Source: a virus
Direction: 5' to 3' (one strand)
Length of the DNA stretch: 64,000 bases
IMG/VR virus record: IMGVR_UViG_3300020048_002392
Span: 1 to 64,000 of that record
Position numbers and translations under genes: made by a program. Positions within the stretch are counted from its first letter, which is position 1. Every line of letters starts with the position of its first letter. The notes under the pieces were generated by a model that saw only the letters and a list, made by a program, of their open reading frames with translations, was not told where the DNA came from and ran no database searches. Shown here piece after piece: positions 1-9,139 of this stretch.

Positions 1-5
1 TGTGA

Positions 6-1253
6 ATGAAGAACATCGGTTTTTGCAAGATTGGTAAATCTGTAAAATTTAAAACGAATAAGTATTCACCAGTCGGTGGTGATAACGAAGCAAGCTGCAC
101 TCTACGGTCGCTTGCGAATAACAATCCAGATAAAACTTTTTATATCATCGGTCGCTCTGACTTCGGTACTTTGAACGAAGGAGAAAGATTGGATCTGTTC
201 CCATACGCGAACGTTGTTGACGTTTGGGAAGGCGTTGGCCTAGATATCTCAGAAGCATACTTTAGACATGTAATCAATTATTTTGATAAGAATAAAGTAA
301 CACTCGATTTTACCGTCATGATGGTTGGTCAAGTTGGTTCTGTAACAATTCCTGATAAGATTCAAAAGGTTCGTGATATCGATGACACCAAGCCCGCGTC
401 TGTTCTTGATATGACGAAGTGGTATGTAACACCTATCTCTACTTGGCTTAACGAATGTAAACCATTCTATGTTGAGATTGTTAACGATCCAAGATACACT
501 ATGCGCCAGTCAAGAGATCTATTTCATCTCCCAGCGATCTCTCTAGGACAGTATGATTTTGAATATACGACGAATGCAATCTCATCATATGAAGATCAGA
601 CTCGCATAGAGCGCAAAGTTAAATCCGTGTATGCAGGTATGGAAACCGCTTTCTGTAACGACTATGAATACACAAAAGAAACTAACACCAATAGAAACAC
701 AGACTTCATGATAGTTCTAAACGAAGGTAAACCCTCACGTTACGATCTATTAAAGGAATGGGTTCTAGACCATTTTGATAGCGTTGAGGTTTATGGCAAA
801 TGGGAACACGAATCCGCAAAGGAAGATAGTCGTTTCCGTGGATCTAAACATATAGAAGAGATTCAGTCTATGATGAATAACGTCAAGTTTACGTTCATCA
901 TTCCAATCGCTAAGGGTTGGACTACATCAAAATATATTGAGATGATCCACGCGGGTGTAATTCCATTCCTGCATCCAACGTATGATGAACAGCGTCACCT
1001 GCCTATTCCAGAATTTTTTAGACCATCTACTCCAGAAGAGTTTAGAAAATCTATGAATACTCTATTGTCAGACCCTACTGCATATGAAAAGGCCTTAAAC
1101 GGTTTGAGGAAGGCAGTTCTAAAACCAGAGTACTATGATGGTACATTTATTAACGATAAGATTATGAAATCGGTTGATCCAACGTATCAAAGACCAGACG
1201 TAAGTGGCTTTTCCAAAAAGACTATCACTACGTTAGAAGATTTTTTTGCATAA
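6..1253 (+). CDS. DNA glycosyltransferase, T4 beta-glucosyltransferase-like (GT-B fold)
   Basis: The C-terminal half follows T4 BGT as I recall it: IVNDPRY, SRYDLLKEWVLDHFDSVEVYGKW, FRGSKH..., WTTSKYIEMIHAGVIPFLHPTYD, FFRPSTPEEF. It ends in TLEDFFA, a clamp-binding-like motif. Neighbours are a methyltransferase and nucleotide-sugar genes. Confidence 0.65.
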   Translation: MKNIGFCKIGKSVKFKTNKYSPVGGDNEASCTLRSLANNNPDKTFYIIGRSDFGTLNEGERLDLFPYANVVDVWEGVGLDISEAYFRHVINYFDKNKVTLDFTVMMVGQVGSVTIPDKIQKVRDIDDTKPASVLDMTKWYVTPISTWLNECKPFYVEIVNDPRYTMRQSRDLFHLPAISLGQYDFEYTTNAISSYEDQTRIERKVKSVYAGMETAFCNDYEYTKETNTNRNTDFMIVLNEGKPSRYDLLKEWVLDHFDSVEVYGKWEHESAKEDSRFRGSKHIEEIQSMMNNVKFTFIIPIAKGWTTSKYIEMIHAGVIPFLHPTYDEQRHLPIPEFFRPSTPEEFRKSMNTLLSDPTAYEKALNGLRKAVLKPEYYDGTFINDKIMKSVDPTYQRPDVSGFSKKTITTLEDFFA

Positions 1254-1265
1254 GGAATAATAATA

Positions 1266-2480
1266 ATGAGCGATATAAATTGGATACCATTGATACCTCT
1301 AATCGGTGGACAAATGTTAGGTGCAGAGAAAGCGTTTGGAACTCCTCCTAAGGCCATCTATTCGTATGATGGGTTTCAATCGAATGACAGCCACTATGTT
1401 AACTATCAGAACAATGTAAAGAAGGCTGGTGTTGAGTACATTATCCTTGATGAGAATGGACCTAGGCATACAGCCGATGTTATATCAGGCACACCTCCTT
1501 GTGCTGCGCTGTCTCAGCTAAACACTGGGCAGACTGCTGCTTCAAAAGGTGCAACCTGCGAAAAGAACGAATGGATGTACAAAGTATTCGAAGATGGTAT
1601 AGATCTGTTCAAAGCAAAGGTTGTAGTTGTTGAAAACGCACCTGCGCTATATACCAATAAAGGAAGAGGTGTTGCGGACAAACTGTTTGAAATTTGTACT
1701 CTTCGTGGATACAGTCTAACTCTTTATAAGACATCAACTATGTATCACGGTATTCCACAGGCTCGCGATCGTACCTTTGCTATCGGATGGAAATCTGAGA
1801 AGGCTCCTATCATGTCTTGGTATAAGCGTGATCGTAAAAACTTTCAAGAATATCTTGCTGAGGTTGACAGCACACACCTTCAGCAGAACCTTGTGATCAA
1901 TCAGAAACTTGATGACGAACCTTACTTCCAATTCCTTCGTTCTCGTACGAATGAAAACCCACGTGATCTGTTAATTAAGAGTGGAAACATTACGGCTTTT
2001 AATTATATCAATAGGAGCGGTTTACTTCCTGAAGCAAATAAATGGTTCCATGATACAAACCACGAACGCGGAATGAAAGTTTCAGATCATGCAATTAAAA
2101 AGTTTGCAGATAGCAAAGGTATCTGGGATAGTTCAACACACGTGTTTAATGAATGTATGAATGCTGTTATCGGAAGAAACCTTGCTGATACGATACACCC
2201 AATTCACGATCGGTCTCTAACTATTCGTGAAGCACTACATATGATGGGTTTCCCTCACGACTTTGAATTGGTCGGTGGTCTAGCTAAGATGAACCATATC
2301 GCACAGAACGTTCCGGTTCCAACATCAAGAGACATCCATACTGAGATAGGCAAGTTCTTACGCGGCGAACTATCTTTCTCAAATACGAACTACTTGCGTC
2401 AAAACAATCACTATGAAACTATTGAAAACGACCCTGCTGGTAAAACAGACGTGGCATCTCTAGCGGAGTTCTTTGTATAA
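1266..2480 (+). CDS. C5-cytosine DNA methyltransferase family protein with atypical motif I
   Basis: Motif IV GTPPC, motif VI VENAP, motif VIII PQARDR, motif IX LTIREALHMMGFP and motif X-like IAQNVPV are present. Motif I reads IPLIGG rather than FxGxGG. Confidence 0.8.
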   Translation: MSDINWIPLIPLIGGQMLGAEKAFGTPPKAIYSYDGFQSNDSHYVNYQNNVKKAGVEYIILDENGPRHTADVISGTPPCAALSQLNTGQTAASKGATCEKNEWMYKVFEDGIDLFKAKVVVVENAPALYTNKGRGVADKLFEICTLRGYSLTLYKTSTMYHGIPQARDRTFAIGWKSEKAPIMSWYKRDRKNFQEYLAEVDSTHLQQNLVINQKLDDEPYFQFLRSRTNENPRDLLIKSGNITAFNYINRSGLLPEANKWFHDTNHERGMKVSDHAIKKFADSKGIWDSSTHVFNECMNAVIGRNLADTIHPIHDRSLTIREALHMMGFPHDFELVGGLAKMNHIAQNVPVPTSRDIHTEIGKFLRGELSFSNTNYLRQNNHYETIENDPAGKTDVASLAEFFV

Positions 2481-3109
2481 TGAGAAATGATTTTATTCTT
2501 GATTTTGAAACCATGGGAAAGAATTCTCAGAACTGTTCGGCAATCGACTGTGCTGTCATGGTATTTTCATGGGACAAGTTTGTCTCTAAGGAACCATATA
2601 CGATATATAACATCAAGGACACGGCTAGATTTAAGCTATCAGTTTCAGATCAAGTAAAGAACTACAATTGGGTTGTTGAGAGCGACACGATTGACTTTTG
2701 GCAGAAACAAGAGAAGGAAGTAAGGGATATGATTGCGCCAAAGAGCGACGATCTATCTGTTGCTGAGTTTGTTGACAAGTTTCATAAGTATCTTATTAAT
2801 GCACCAAAGATATCCTATTGGTGGTCAAGATCGAATACCTTCGATCCTATCGTGCTCAGCCGTCTTTTCATATCACAGGGAAAGCAGCATCTTATGGATG
2901 AATCTCTAAAGTTCTGGAAGATTCGCGATACGCGTACATTTATAGACGCAAAACTAGATTTTCCAAAGGAGAATGGTTTCGTTCCTATTAAGGATGAAGC
3001 ACTATGGAAAAAGCATTTTAAACTACACAACAGTTCTTGGGACATTCTTGCAGACGTGCTTAGACTTCAAGCAATCGTAAGAGCTGAAAACGATTTGGAG
3101 CAAGTATAA
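2480..3109 (+). CDS. dexA: DexA-like 3'-5' exonuclease (DEDDh)
   Basis: ILDFETMG, WSRSNTFDPIVL, FWKIRDTRT and HNSSWDILADVL match the T4 DexA motif pattern. Confidence 0.8.
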   Translation: MRNDFILDFETMGKNSQNCSAIDCAVMVFSWDKFVSKEPYTIYNIKDTARFKLSVSDQVKNYNWVVESDTIDFWQKQEKEVRDMIAPKSDDLSVAEFVDKFHKYLINAPKISYWWSRSNTFDPIVLSRLFISQGKQHLMDESLKFWKIRDTRTFIDAKLDFPKENGFVPIKDEALWKKHFKLHNSSWDILADVLRLQAIVRAENDLEQV

Positions 3110-4068
3110 TGTCTAAAAAAGTACTAATAACGGGTATGGCAGGATTTATCGGATTTCATACTGCAAAAAAACTTAATTCGTTAGGTTATGAAGTATGCGG
3201 TCTCGATAACTATAATGATTATTATGAAGTTGAATTAAAAGAAGCTCGTACTAAAGAGTTGGCTAAGATTAATATTGATGTTAAAAGATGCGACCTCAGG
3301 GATGCTAAAATGACATACGATTTTATCGAAGAACAAAAACCCGATCTTGTTATACATCTTGCAGCATATGCTGGTGTAAGACACTCGTTTAATAACCCGA
3401 TGTCTTATATAGAGAATAATATATTAGGTACGCAGAACTTAATTGTAGCATGTGAAAAGAATAAAGTAGATAACGTTATCTATGCATCAACTTCATGTGT
3501 AATGGCTGGAAATGAAATGCCATGGAAGGAAGATGAACCAACCCTTCATCAATTAAATCCATACGGATATACAAAGAGAACGAACGAATGTCAATTCAAA
3601 ACATCAAGAGTATATAGAAGTATAGGTCTTAGGTTCTTTACAGTGTATGGCCCGTGGGGAAGACCTGACATGGCGTTGTTTTCATTCTCACGTGCTATTC
3701 TAAAGGGCGAAGAAATTGGTCTCTTTAACTATGGTGATATGAAGCGAGACTTTACATACATAGATGATATCGTCCAAGGAATGAGTATAGTTGTAAATAG
3801 AATTCTTTCCGTTGACATTCCGCTTAGTGAGATATATAATATAGGTTATGGACAGCAGGTAGAACTTATCGATTTTGTTAAAGAGATAGAACACAACTTT
3901 GGTAGAAAAGCAACTATAGAGTACTTACCAAAGCATCCGGCAGATTCTCAGGAAACTTGGTCCGACACCACAAAACTGCAAGCCCTTGGTTACAAACCAA
4001 CTACTTCTATCAAAGAAGGCGTGAAACGGTTTGCGGATTGGTATAAAGAATTCTATGGAGAAGCATAA
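3109..4068 (+). CDS. NAD-dependent epimerase, UDP-glucuronate 4-epimerase-like
   Basis: ITGMAGFIG Rossmann motif, HLAAYAGVRHS, YxxxK (YGYTK), LRFFTVYGPWGRPDMA and KRDFTYIDDIV. Confidence 0.9.
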   Translation: MSKKVLITGMAGFIGFHTAKKLNSLGYEVCGLDNYNDYYEVELKEARTKELAKINIDVKRCDLRDAKMTYDFIEEQKPDLVIHLAAYAGVRHSFNNPMSYIENNILGTQNLIVACEKNKVDNVIYASTSCVMAGNEMPWKEDEPTLHQLNPYGYTKRTNECQFKTSRVYRSIGLRFFTVYGPWGRPDMALFSFSRAILKGEEIGLFNYGDMKRDFTYIDDIVQGMSIVVNRILSVDIPLSEIYNIGYGQQVELIDFVKEIEHNFGRKATIEYLPKHPADSQETWSDTTKLQALGYKPTTSIKEGVKRFADWYKEFYGEA

Positions 4069-4069
4069 A

Positions 4070-4906
4070 ATGAAGATGGCAATTATAGGTCACGGTTTCG
4101 TAGGTAAAGCAGTTGACTACGGGTTTAGTTCTTCGAAGATCGAGAAGTTTATCATCGATCCAAAGTATGGGACAAAGATCGAAGACCTTGCATATAAGGA
4201 TATAGACATAACATTTGTATGCGTACCAACGCCTATGAAGGACGATGGCGATATAGACTCTTCTATAGTTGAAGATTGTGTTCACTATCTAAAACAGAAT
4301 GTTTCTGGATATATAGTGATAAAATCAACTGTGACACCGGTCATCCTTGATAAGTTTATTAATTGTATATCTGCTACTCGCATTGTATATAATCCAGAAT
4401 TCCTAATGGAGAAGAGCGCAAACGAAGATTTTGTAAATCCACCTATGCATATATTCGGTGGAAGTTTAGAAGCAACCCATGGTGTTGAACGTGTATATAA
4501 TGAATATAGCCTGTGTAAGCCATGCCCAGTATATCATATGTCAGCCGTTGAGGCAAGTCTAGTTAAGTATGGCATCAATACATTCTTGGCTACAAAGGTT
4601 GCATGGTTCAATCAGTTCTATGATATGGTCGAAAGGTTTGGAGGAAACTATGGTACAGTCATAAGAGGTATTACTACAGACAAGAGAGTTGGTCCTTCTC
4701 ATACTACAGTGCCTGGGTTCGATGGCAAACGTGGATTCGGTGGTGCGTGTTTCCCTAAGGACAGTGCAGCATTTTTAAAACTATCTGAACATAGTTTTTC
4801 AATACTTGATGAAGCTATACGAGTAAATAACGATCTTAGGAAAGAATACGAAAAAGACTCACGAGAAAAAGATCAAAACGTGAACTATAACATTAAATAT
4901 AAGTGA
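4070..4906 (+). CDS. UDP-glucose/GDP-mannose dehydrogenase family (short form)
   Basis: IIGHGFVG, VCVPTP, VIKSTV, YNPEFL and catalytic GFGGACFPKD. Start moved to the ATG at 4070, which has GGAG upstream. Confidence 0.9.
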   Translation: MKMAIIGHGFVGKAVDYGFSSSKIEKFIIDPKYGTKIEDLAYKDIDITFVCVPTPMKDDGDIDSSIVEDCVHYLKQNVSGYIVIKSTVTPVILDKFINCISATRIVYNPEFLMEKSANEDFVNPPMHIFGGSLEATHGVERVYNEYSLCKPCPVYHMSAVEASLVKYGINTFLATKVAWFNQFYDMVERFGGNYGTVIRGITTDKRVGPSHTTVPGFDGKRGFGGACFPKDSAAFLKLSEHSFSILDEAIRVNNDLRKEYEKDSREKDQNVNYNIKYK

Positions 4907-4916
4907 GAATTTAAAT

Positions 4917-5816
4917 ATGAAGATTGAAGTGTCAACCGAAGAATTACGCAAGTATTCTATATTTCTTGGTACGCCAATGTATGGAGGGAACTGTGCAGGA
5001 TTGTTCTGTAAATCAACGAACGATTTATCTAAGCTCTGCACACAGCATGGAATAGAACTGAAGGACTATTTTCTATTCAACGAGAGTCTAGTTCAGAGAG
5101 CAAGAAACTATGTTGTTGACGAATTCTTGCGTTCTGGGTGCACACACCTTATGTTCGTAGACGCAGACATTGGTTTTAACCCAAAGGATGTTCTAACTCT
5201 ATTGGCTATCCAAGTATCCGATCCAAAGACGTATCAGATTATGACTGGCCCTTATCCTAAGAAGACTATCGCCTGGGAAAAAGTGAAGGCTGCTGTTCAG
5301 CAAGGAAAGGCAGAAAATCCATTCGATCTAACTTTCTATTCTGCAGACTACGTTTTCAACCCAGCAAAGAATATTGCGCAGTTTAGAATTGACGAACCGG
5401 TAGAAGTTGCAGAAGGCGGCACTGGATTTATGCTAATTCCACGAGAAGTATTAGAGAAATATGCCGCGGCTTATCCGGAACTAAGTTATAAACCAGATCA
5501 CGTGCGTACTGAAAACTTTGATGGCTCAAGAGAGATCACTGCTTTCTTTGACTGTGAGATCGATCCAGATACTAAGAGATATCTTTCAGAGGATTACTTC
5601 TTCTGCAGAAACGCGCGAAAGATTGGCATTACTATTCACATGTGTCCATGGATGAGCCTTCAGCACGTCGGAACATATGTGTTCAGAGGTTCTATGGGAG
5701 CGATTGCTTCTATCGGCCAGTCACCAACGGCAGGTAAAGGATCGAATAGCAAGAACTATAAAAACAAGTTGACAAAGACCAACAAAAATGGTAGTATATT
5801 AGGTACAAGACCATAA
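4917..5816 (+). CDS. GT-A fold glycosyltransferase-like protein common in T4-like phages
   Basis: GTPMYGG, NESLVQRARN, DxD motif FVDADIGF, GTGFMLIPR and YLSEDYFFC. Confidence 0.7.
   Translation: MKIEVSTEELRKYSIFLGTPMYGGNCAGLFCKSTNDLSKLCTQHGIELKDYFLFNESLVQRARNYVVDEFLRSGCTHLMFVDADIGFNPKDVLTLLAIQVSDPKTYQIMTGPYPKKTIAWEKVKAAVQQGKAENPFDLTFYSADYVFNPAKNIAQFRIDEPVEVAEGGTGFMLIPREVLEKYAAAYPELSYKPDHVRTENFDGSREITAFFDCEIDPDTKRYLSEDYFFCRNARKIGITIHMCPWMSLQHVGTYVFRGSMGAIASIGQSPTAGKGSNSKNYKNKLTKTNKNGSILGTRP
5769..5797 (+). promoter_or_regulatory. sigma70-like (early) promoter upstream of gp45
   Basis: TTGACA (5769-5774), a 17-nt spacer ending in TGn, then TAGTAT (5792-5797). It lies ~50 nt upstream of the gp45 start. 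Confidence 0.65.
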
Positions 5817-5847
5817 TACATAATGATTTTTTTGAAAAGGAGAAACT

Positions 5848-6510
5848 ATGAAGTTTTCTGAACGCACTATTAACATACTTAAGAACTTCGCAACTATCAA
5901 CCAGTCAGTAGTCCTCAAGCCAGGTAAACAACTGAAAACTATAAGCCCACAAAAGACTATCGTGGCAGTCGCAAACATTGATGATGAAATTCCATCAGAA
6001 GCCTGCATCTATGACATGTCAAGATTTCTTTCAACCTGTGCTCTCTTTGGAGAACCAGATATTCATTTTGAATCAAACCATTTTGTTATCTCTCAAGGCA
6101 AGAAAGGCACCAAGTATTACTTCGCCGACAAGTCAATGGTAATCACCCCTCCAGAAAAAGAAATCAACGTTCCTACCAATGATGTTGAAGTTACCGTTGA
6201 ATGGTCAGATCTTCAGTCAGTTATCAAAGCGGCAGGTGTTCTTCAACTACCAGAGATTGCTTTTGACGGCGACGGCGAAACCTGTTCGTTGAAGGCTATC
6301 GATAGCAATAACACAACTGCAGACAGTTTTGGTATCGAACTAGGTGCAACAGCTGATAAGTTCCGTCTTATCATCAAAACAGAAAATCTAAAACTATTGC
6401 CTCAGAACTACAAAGTTACTCTGAGTTCAAAGGGCATCTCAAAGTTCGAAGGCTCCGATGTTACTTACTTCGTAGCAATCGAATCAAAATCATTCTATAA
6501 TAAAGGATAA
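5848..6510 (+). CDS. 45: sliding clamp gp45
   Basis: MKFSERTINILKNFATINQS N-terminus, IYDMSRFLS, ENLKLLPQNYKV and YFVAIE; upstream of gp44. Confidence 0.95.
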   Translation: MKFSERTINILKNFATINQSVVLKPGKQLKTISPQKTIVAVANIDDEIPSEACIYDMSRFLSTCALFGEPDIHFESNHFVISQGKKGTKYYFADKSMVITPPEKEINVPTNDVEVTVEWSDLQSVIKAAGVLQLPEIAFDGDGETCSLKAIDSNNTTADSFGIELGATADKFRLIIKTENLKLLPQNYKVTLSSKGISKFEGSDVTYFVAIESKSFYNKG

Positions 6511-6514
6511 AAAC

Positions 6515-6727
6515 ATGGACGCAGCTAATATTACTCTACAAGATCTATCAGTGATAATCAGCATCATTGACGTATGCTCTGAAAGAGGCGCTTTCAAAGG
6601 TAACGAACTTATGGTAGTAGGCCAACTACGCGAAAAGCTTTCAGCCTTTGTAAAAGCAAATCAGAAACCAGAAGATACACCTACGGAAGTTGCCGTAGAA
6701 GGAACTACTGAGGAGGGTGCTGAGTAA
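6515..6727 (+). CDS. conserved hypothetical phage protein
   Basis: 70-aa ORF with an SD, between gp45 and gp44; IIDVCSERGAFKG motif. Confidence 0.7.
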   Translation: MDAANITLQDLSVIISIIDVCSERGAFKGNELMVVGQLREKLSAFVKANQKPEDTPTEVAVEGTTEEGAE

Positions 6728-6775
6728 TATCAGCACCTACCTACTTGAAACCTTTATCTAAGGAAGAAATATATT

Positions 6776-7726
6776 ATGGCACTTGACATTAAAACTGATG
6801 AACTGCTTTGGGTTCAAAAATATCGGCCACAGCGTGTGGCTGACGCAATTCTTCCAGAAACTACGAAAAAATCGTTTCAAAAATTTGTAGATGATAAAAA
6901 CATTCCAAACTTGCTTCTTACTGGTTCCCCTGGAACTGGTAAGACGACTGTTGCGAGAGCAATGCTCGAAGAACTTGGCTGTGACTATATCATTCTCAAC
7001 GCGGCTCTGAACCGTGGCATCGATCTAGTAAGAAGCGAGATTTCAACCTTTGCTTCTTCTATCTCACTGTCAGGCGGACGAAAGTATATCATTCTTGATG
7101 AGTCCGACTATCTTACACCGGACGCACAAGCTTCAATGCGTAACTTGATCGAAACATTTTCTAAGAACTGTGGTTTCATATTCACATGTAACTTTAAGAA
7201 CCGTATCATTTCTCCACTTCGTTCTCGTTTGTCAGAAGTTGACTTCGCAATCGAAAAGACAGAAAAACCAAAGCTTGCAGCGCAGTTCTTTAAACGAACT
7301 CTTGCTGTTCTAAAGAACGAAGAGGTTGACTTTGATCCTAAGGTCGTAGCAAAGGTTATTGAAAAACATTTCCCTGACTTTCGTCGCGTCCTAAACGAAC
7401 TGCAAAAGTACGCAGGTAATGGAAAGATTGACGAAGGTATCTTTGCAGACTTCAAACAGGAATCGTTGGACAATCTATTCGAGTTACTTAAAGCTAAGAA
7501 CTTTACAGACATGCGTAAGTGGTGCGCAGATAACTCTGACCAGGATGTTAACGAACTATTTCGTAAGATCTATGATATGGCAACAGATAAGATCGAACTT
7601 AAGAGCATGCCAGCATTCGTTGTAAGCCTTGCTGACTATATGTATAAGAGTTCGTTCGTGGCAGATCAAGAAATCAACCTAGTAGCATTTTTAACTGAAA
7701 TTATGATGGAGGCTCAGTTTCGCTAA
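6776..7726 (+). CDS. 44: clamp loader ATPase subunit gp44
   Basis: LWVQKYRP, Walker A GSPGTGKT, Walker B IILDESD, SRC-like LRSR and FPDFRR. Confidence 0.95.
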   Translation: MALDIKTDELLWVQKYRPQRVADAILPETTKKSFQKFVDDKNIPNLLLTGSPGTGKTTVARAMLEELGCDYIILNAALNRGIDLVRSEISTFASSISLSGGRKYIILDESDYLTPDAQASMRNLIETFSKNCGFIFTCNFKNRIISPLRSRLSEVDFAIEKTEKPKLAAQFFKRTLAVLKNEEVDFDPKVVAKVIEKHFPDFRRVLNELQKYAGNGKIDEGIFADFKQESLDNLFELLKAKNFTDMRKWCADNSDQDVNELFRKIYDMATDKIELKSMPAFVVSLADYMYKSSFVADQEINLVAFLTEIMMEAQFR

Positions 7727-7998
7727 TGAAATTTAATCTAGTATGGGACGCAAAAACTCCTGCACTTACATCTGAACATACTGCCATTCTAGCAAGGGAA
7801 ATAGCATGGCTAGAAGGGCGTATCGATGACGCAAGTGAGATCATATCTCATGTAGTTAATCTCACTGATGATTTCTCTGGCCCTTCTATCACCCTGCATG
7901 GTGAAGAAGAAAACAAGACTGACGTGTTCTTAACTTATAATAAAAAGACCACTTGGGTAACTCTAGAAGATGTAGAAGAATATAAAGACGAAGTGTAA
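7726..7998 (+). CDS. hypothetical protein
   Basis: 90-aa ORF with a TAATG overlap with the gp44 stop. Confidence 0.55.
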   Translation: MKFNLVWDAKTPALTSEHTAILAREIAWLEGRIDDASEIISHVVNLTDDFSGPSITLHGEEENKTDVFLTYNKKTTWVTLEDVEEYKDEV

Positions 7999-8199
7999 AT
8001 GTTTAATTTTTTTAAAAAATCTAAACCAACAGAAAAGTGTAGCTTTTGTTCTGTAGAAGTTGACAGATCTAACTCGTTTGTGTTACAATATAAATCAGCA
8101 GACGGTATTGGAAACATGACTGTATGTAAAGAATGTTCAAAAGTATTTAATGAAATTATTGATATGAGAGATAGCGTAAATGAAGAAACCGACGATTAA
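7999..8199 (+). CDS. small putative zinc-finger protein
   Basis: CSFC...CKEC pair; abuts the neighbouring ORFs. Confidence 0.6.
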   Translation: MFNFFKKSKPTEKCSFCSVEVDRSNSFVLQYKSADGIGNMTVCKECSKVFNEIIDMRDSVNEETDD

Positions 8200-8692
8200 G
8201 CAAAAAGCAGTCTCTATTTCTGGAAATACGTTCGAAGAATTTGATTACTTTGGAATGGGAGCACCTGAAGAAATTGAAGAGATAAGTTTAGCCACGGCAA
8301 AAGAAGATCTGACTTTTAAATTCGTTGCGTCTGCGTCTAAGACTAAACAGGACTTGGTAAAAAATGCTGAGGTACCAGAAGAAATTGAAAGACAGTATGT
8401 TCCTTTTCTAACTAATAAAAGTTTCTCGTTCCATGCTGATACAATACTCCATGCCAATGAAATGAACATGAAACATTGGCTATTTAAAGATGCTCAGTAT
8501 CGTTATTACCTTGGCGCATTACGACCACGCGATAGACGAAGTAAATGGTTTAAAGCAGAAAAAGATGTTGCACTGGATAACATTCAGATGTATTATCAAT
8601 GCAATAGATCGGTTGCGAAGCAGTACGCAAAGGTATTGACAAAAGAGAACATCGAATTAATAAATACTAAGGTCTCTAAAGGAGGCGCATGA
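8180..8692 (+). CDS. 62: clamp loader small subunit gp62
   Basis: YVPFLTNKSFSFHADTILHANEMN, QYRYY...RPRDRRSKWFK and C-terminal KGG; located before regA. Confidence 0.85.
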   Translation: MKKPTIKQKAVSISGNTFEEFDYFGMGAPEEIEEISLATAKEDLTFKFVASASKTKQDLVKNAEVPEEIERQYVPFLTNKSFSFHADTILHANEMNMKHWLFKDAQYRYYLGALRPRDRRSKWFKAEKDVALDNIQMYYQCNRSVAKQYAKVLTKENIELINTKVSKGGA

Positions 8693-8726
8693 CCCATAAT
8701 AACAATAATAATAAAGGTGACCTTAT

Positions 8727-9131
8727 ATGGAAGATATTTTTCATGGAGTTGGAATTGAAATAGAGTTACCAAACCCTGACAACTTTCTTAAGATAAAAGA
8801 AACGTTAACTAGAATAGGTATTGCTTCCCGGAAAGAAAAGAAATTATATCAGTCTTGTCATATCCTTCACAAGCAGGGTAGATATGTAATATTGCATTTT
8901 AAAGAATTATTCATTCTAGATGGTAAAGAAAACAATTTTACAGATGAAGATACTGGTAGACGTAATACAGTAGTTAATCTATTAGAAGAATGGGAACTAC
9001 TAAAAGTCATAAATACTGAGAAGGTGCAGGATCCAATTGCACCTTTGAGCCACATAAAAGTTTTGTCTCATAAAGAAAAAACTCAGTGGGAACTGTGCAG
9101 CAAATATAATATTGGAAAAAAGAAAGGCTGA
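8727..9131 (+). CDS. regA: translational repressor RegA
   Basis: FLKIKETLTRIGIAS, LYQSCHILHKQGRYVILHFKELFILDG and WELCSKYNIG. Confidence 0.97.
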   Translation: MEDIFHGVGIEIELPNPDNFLKIKETLTRIGIASRKEKKLYQSCHILHKQGRYVILHFKELFILDGKENNFTDEDTGRRNTVVNLLEEWELLKVINTEKVQDPIAPLSHIKVLSHKEKTQWELCSKYNIGKKKG

Positions 9132-9139
9132 AATATATA

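Noticed and set aside
6716-6737. Hairpin GGTGCTGA/TCAGCACC at the end of ORF 6515
   Set aside because: It has no U tract, so it is not called as a terminator. It may be a stability element, but support is insufficient.
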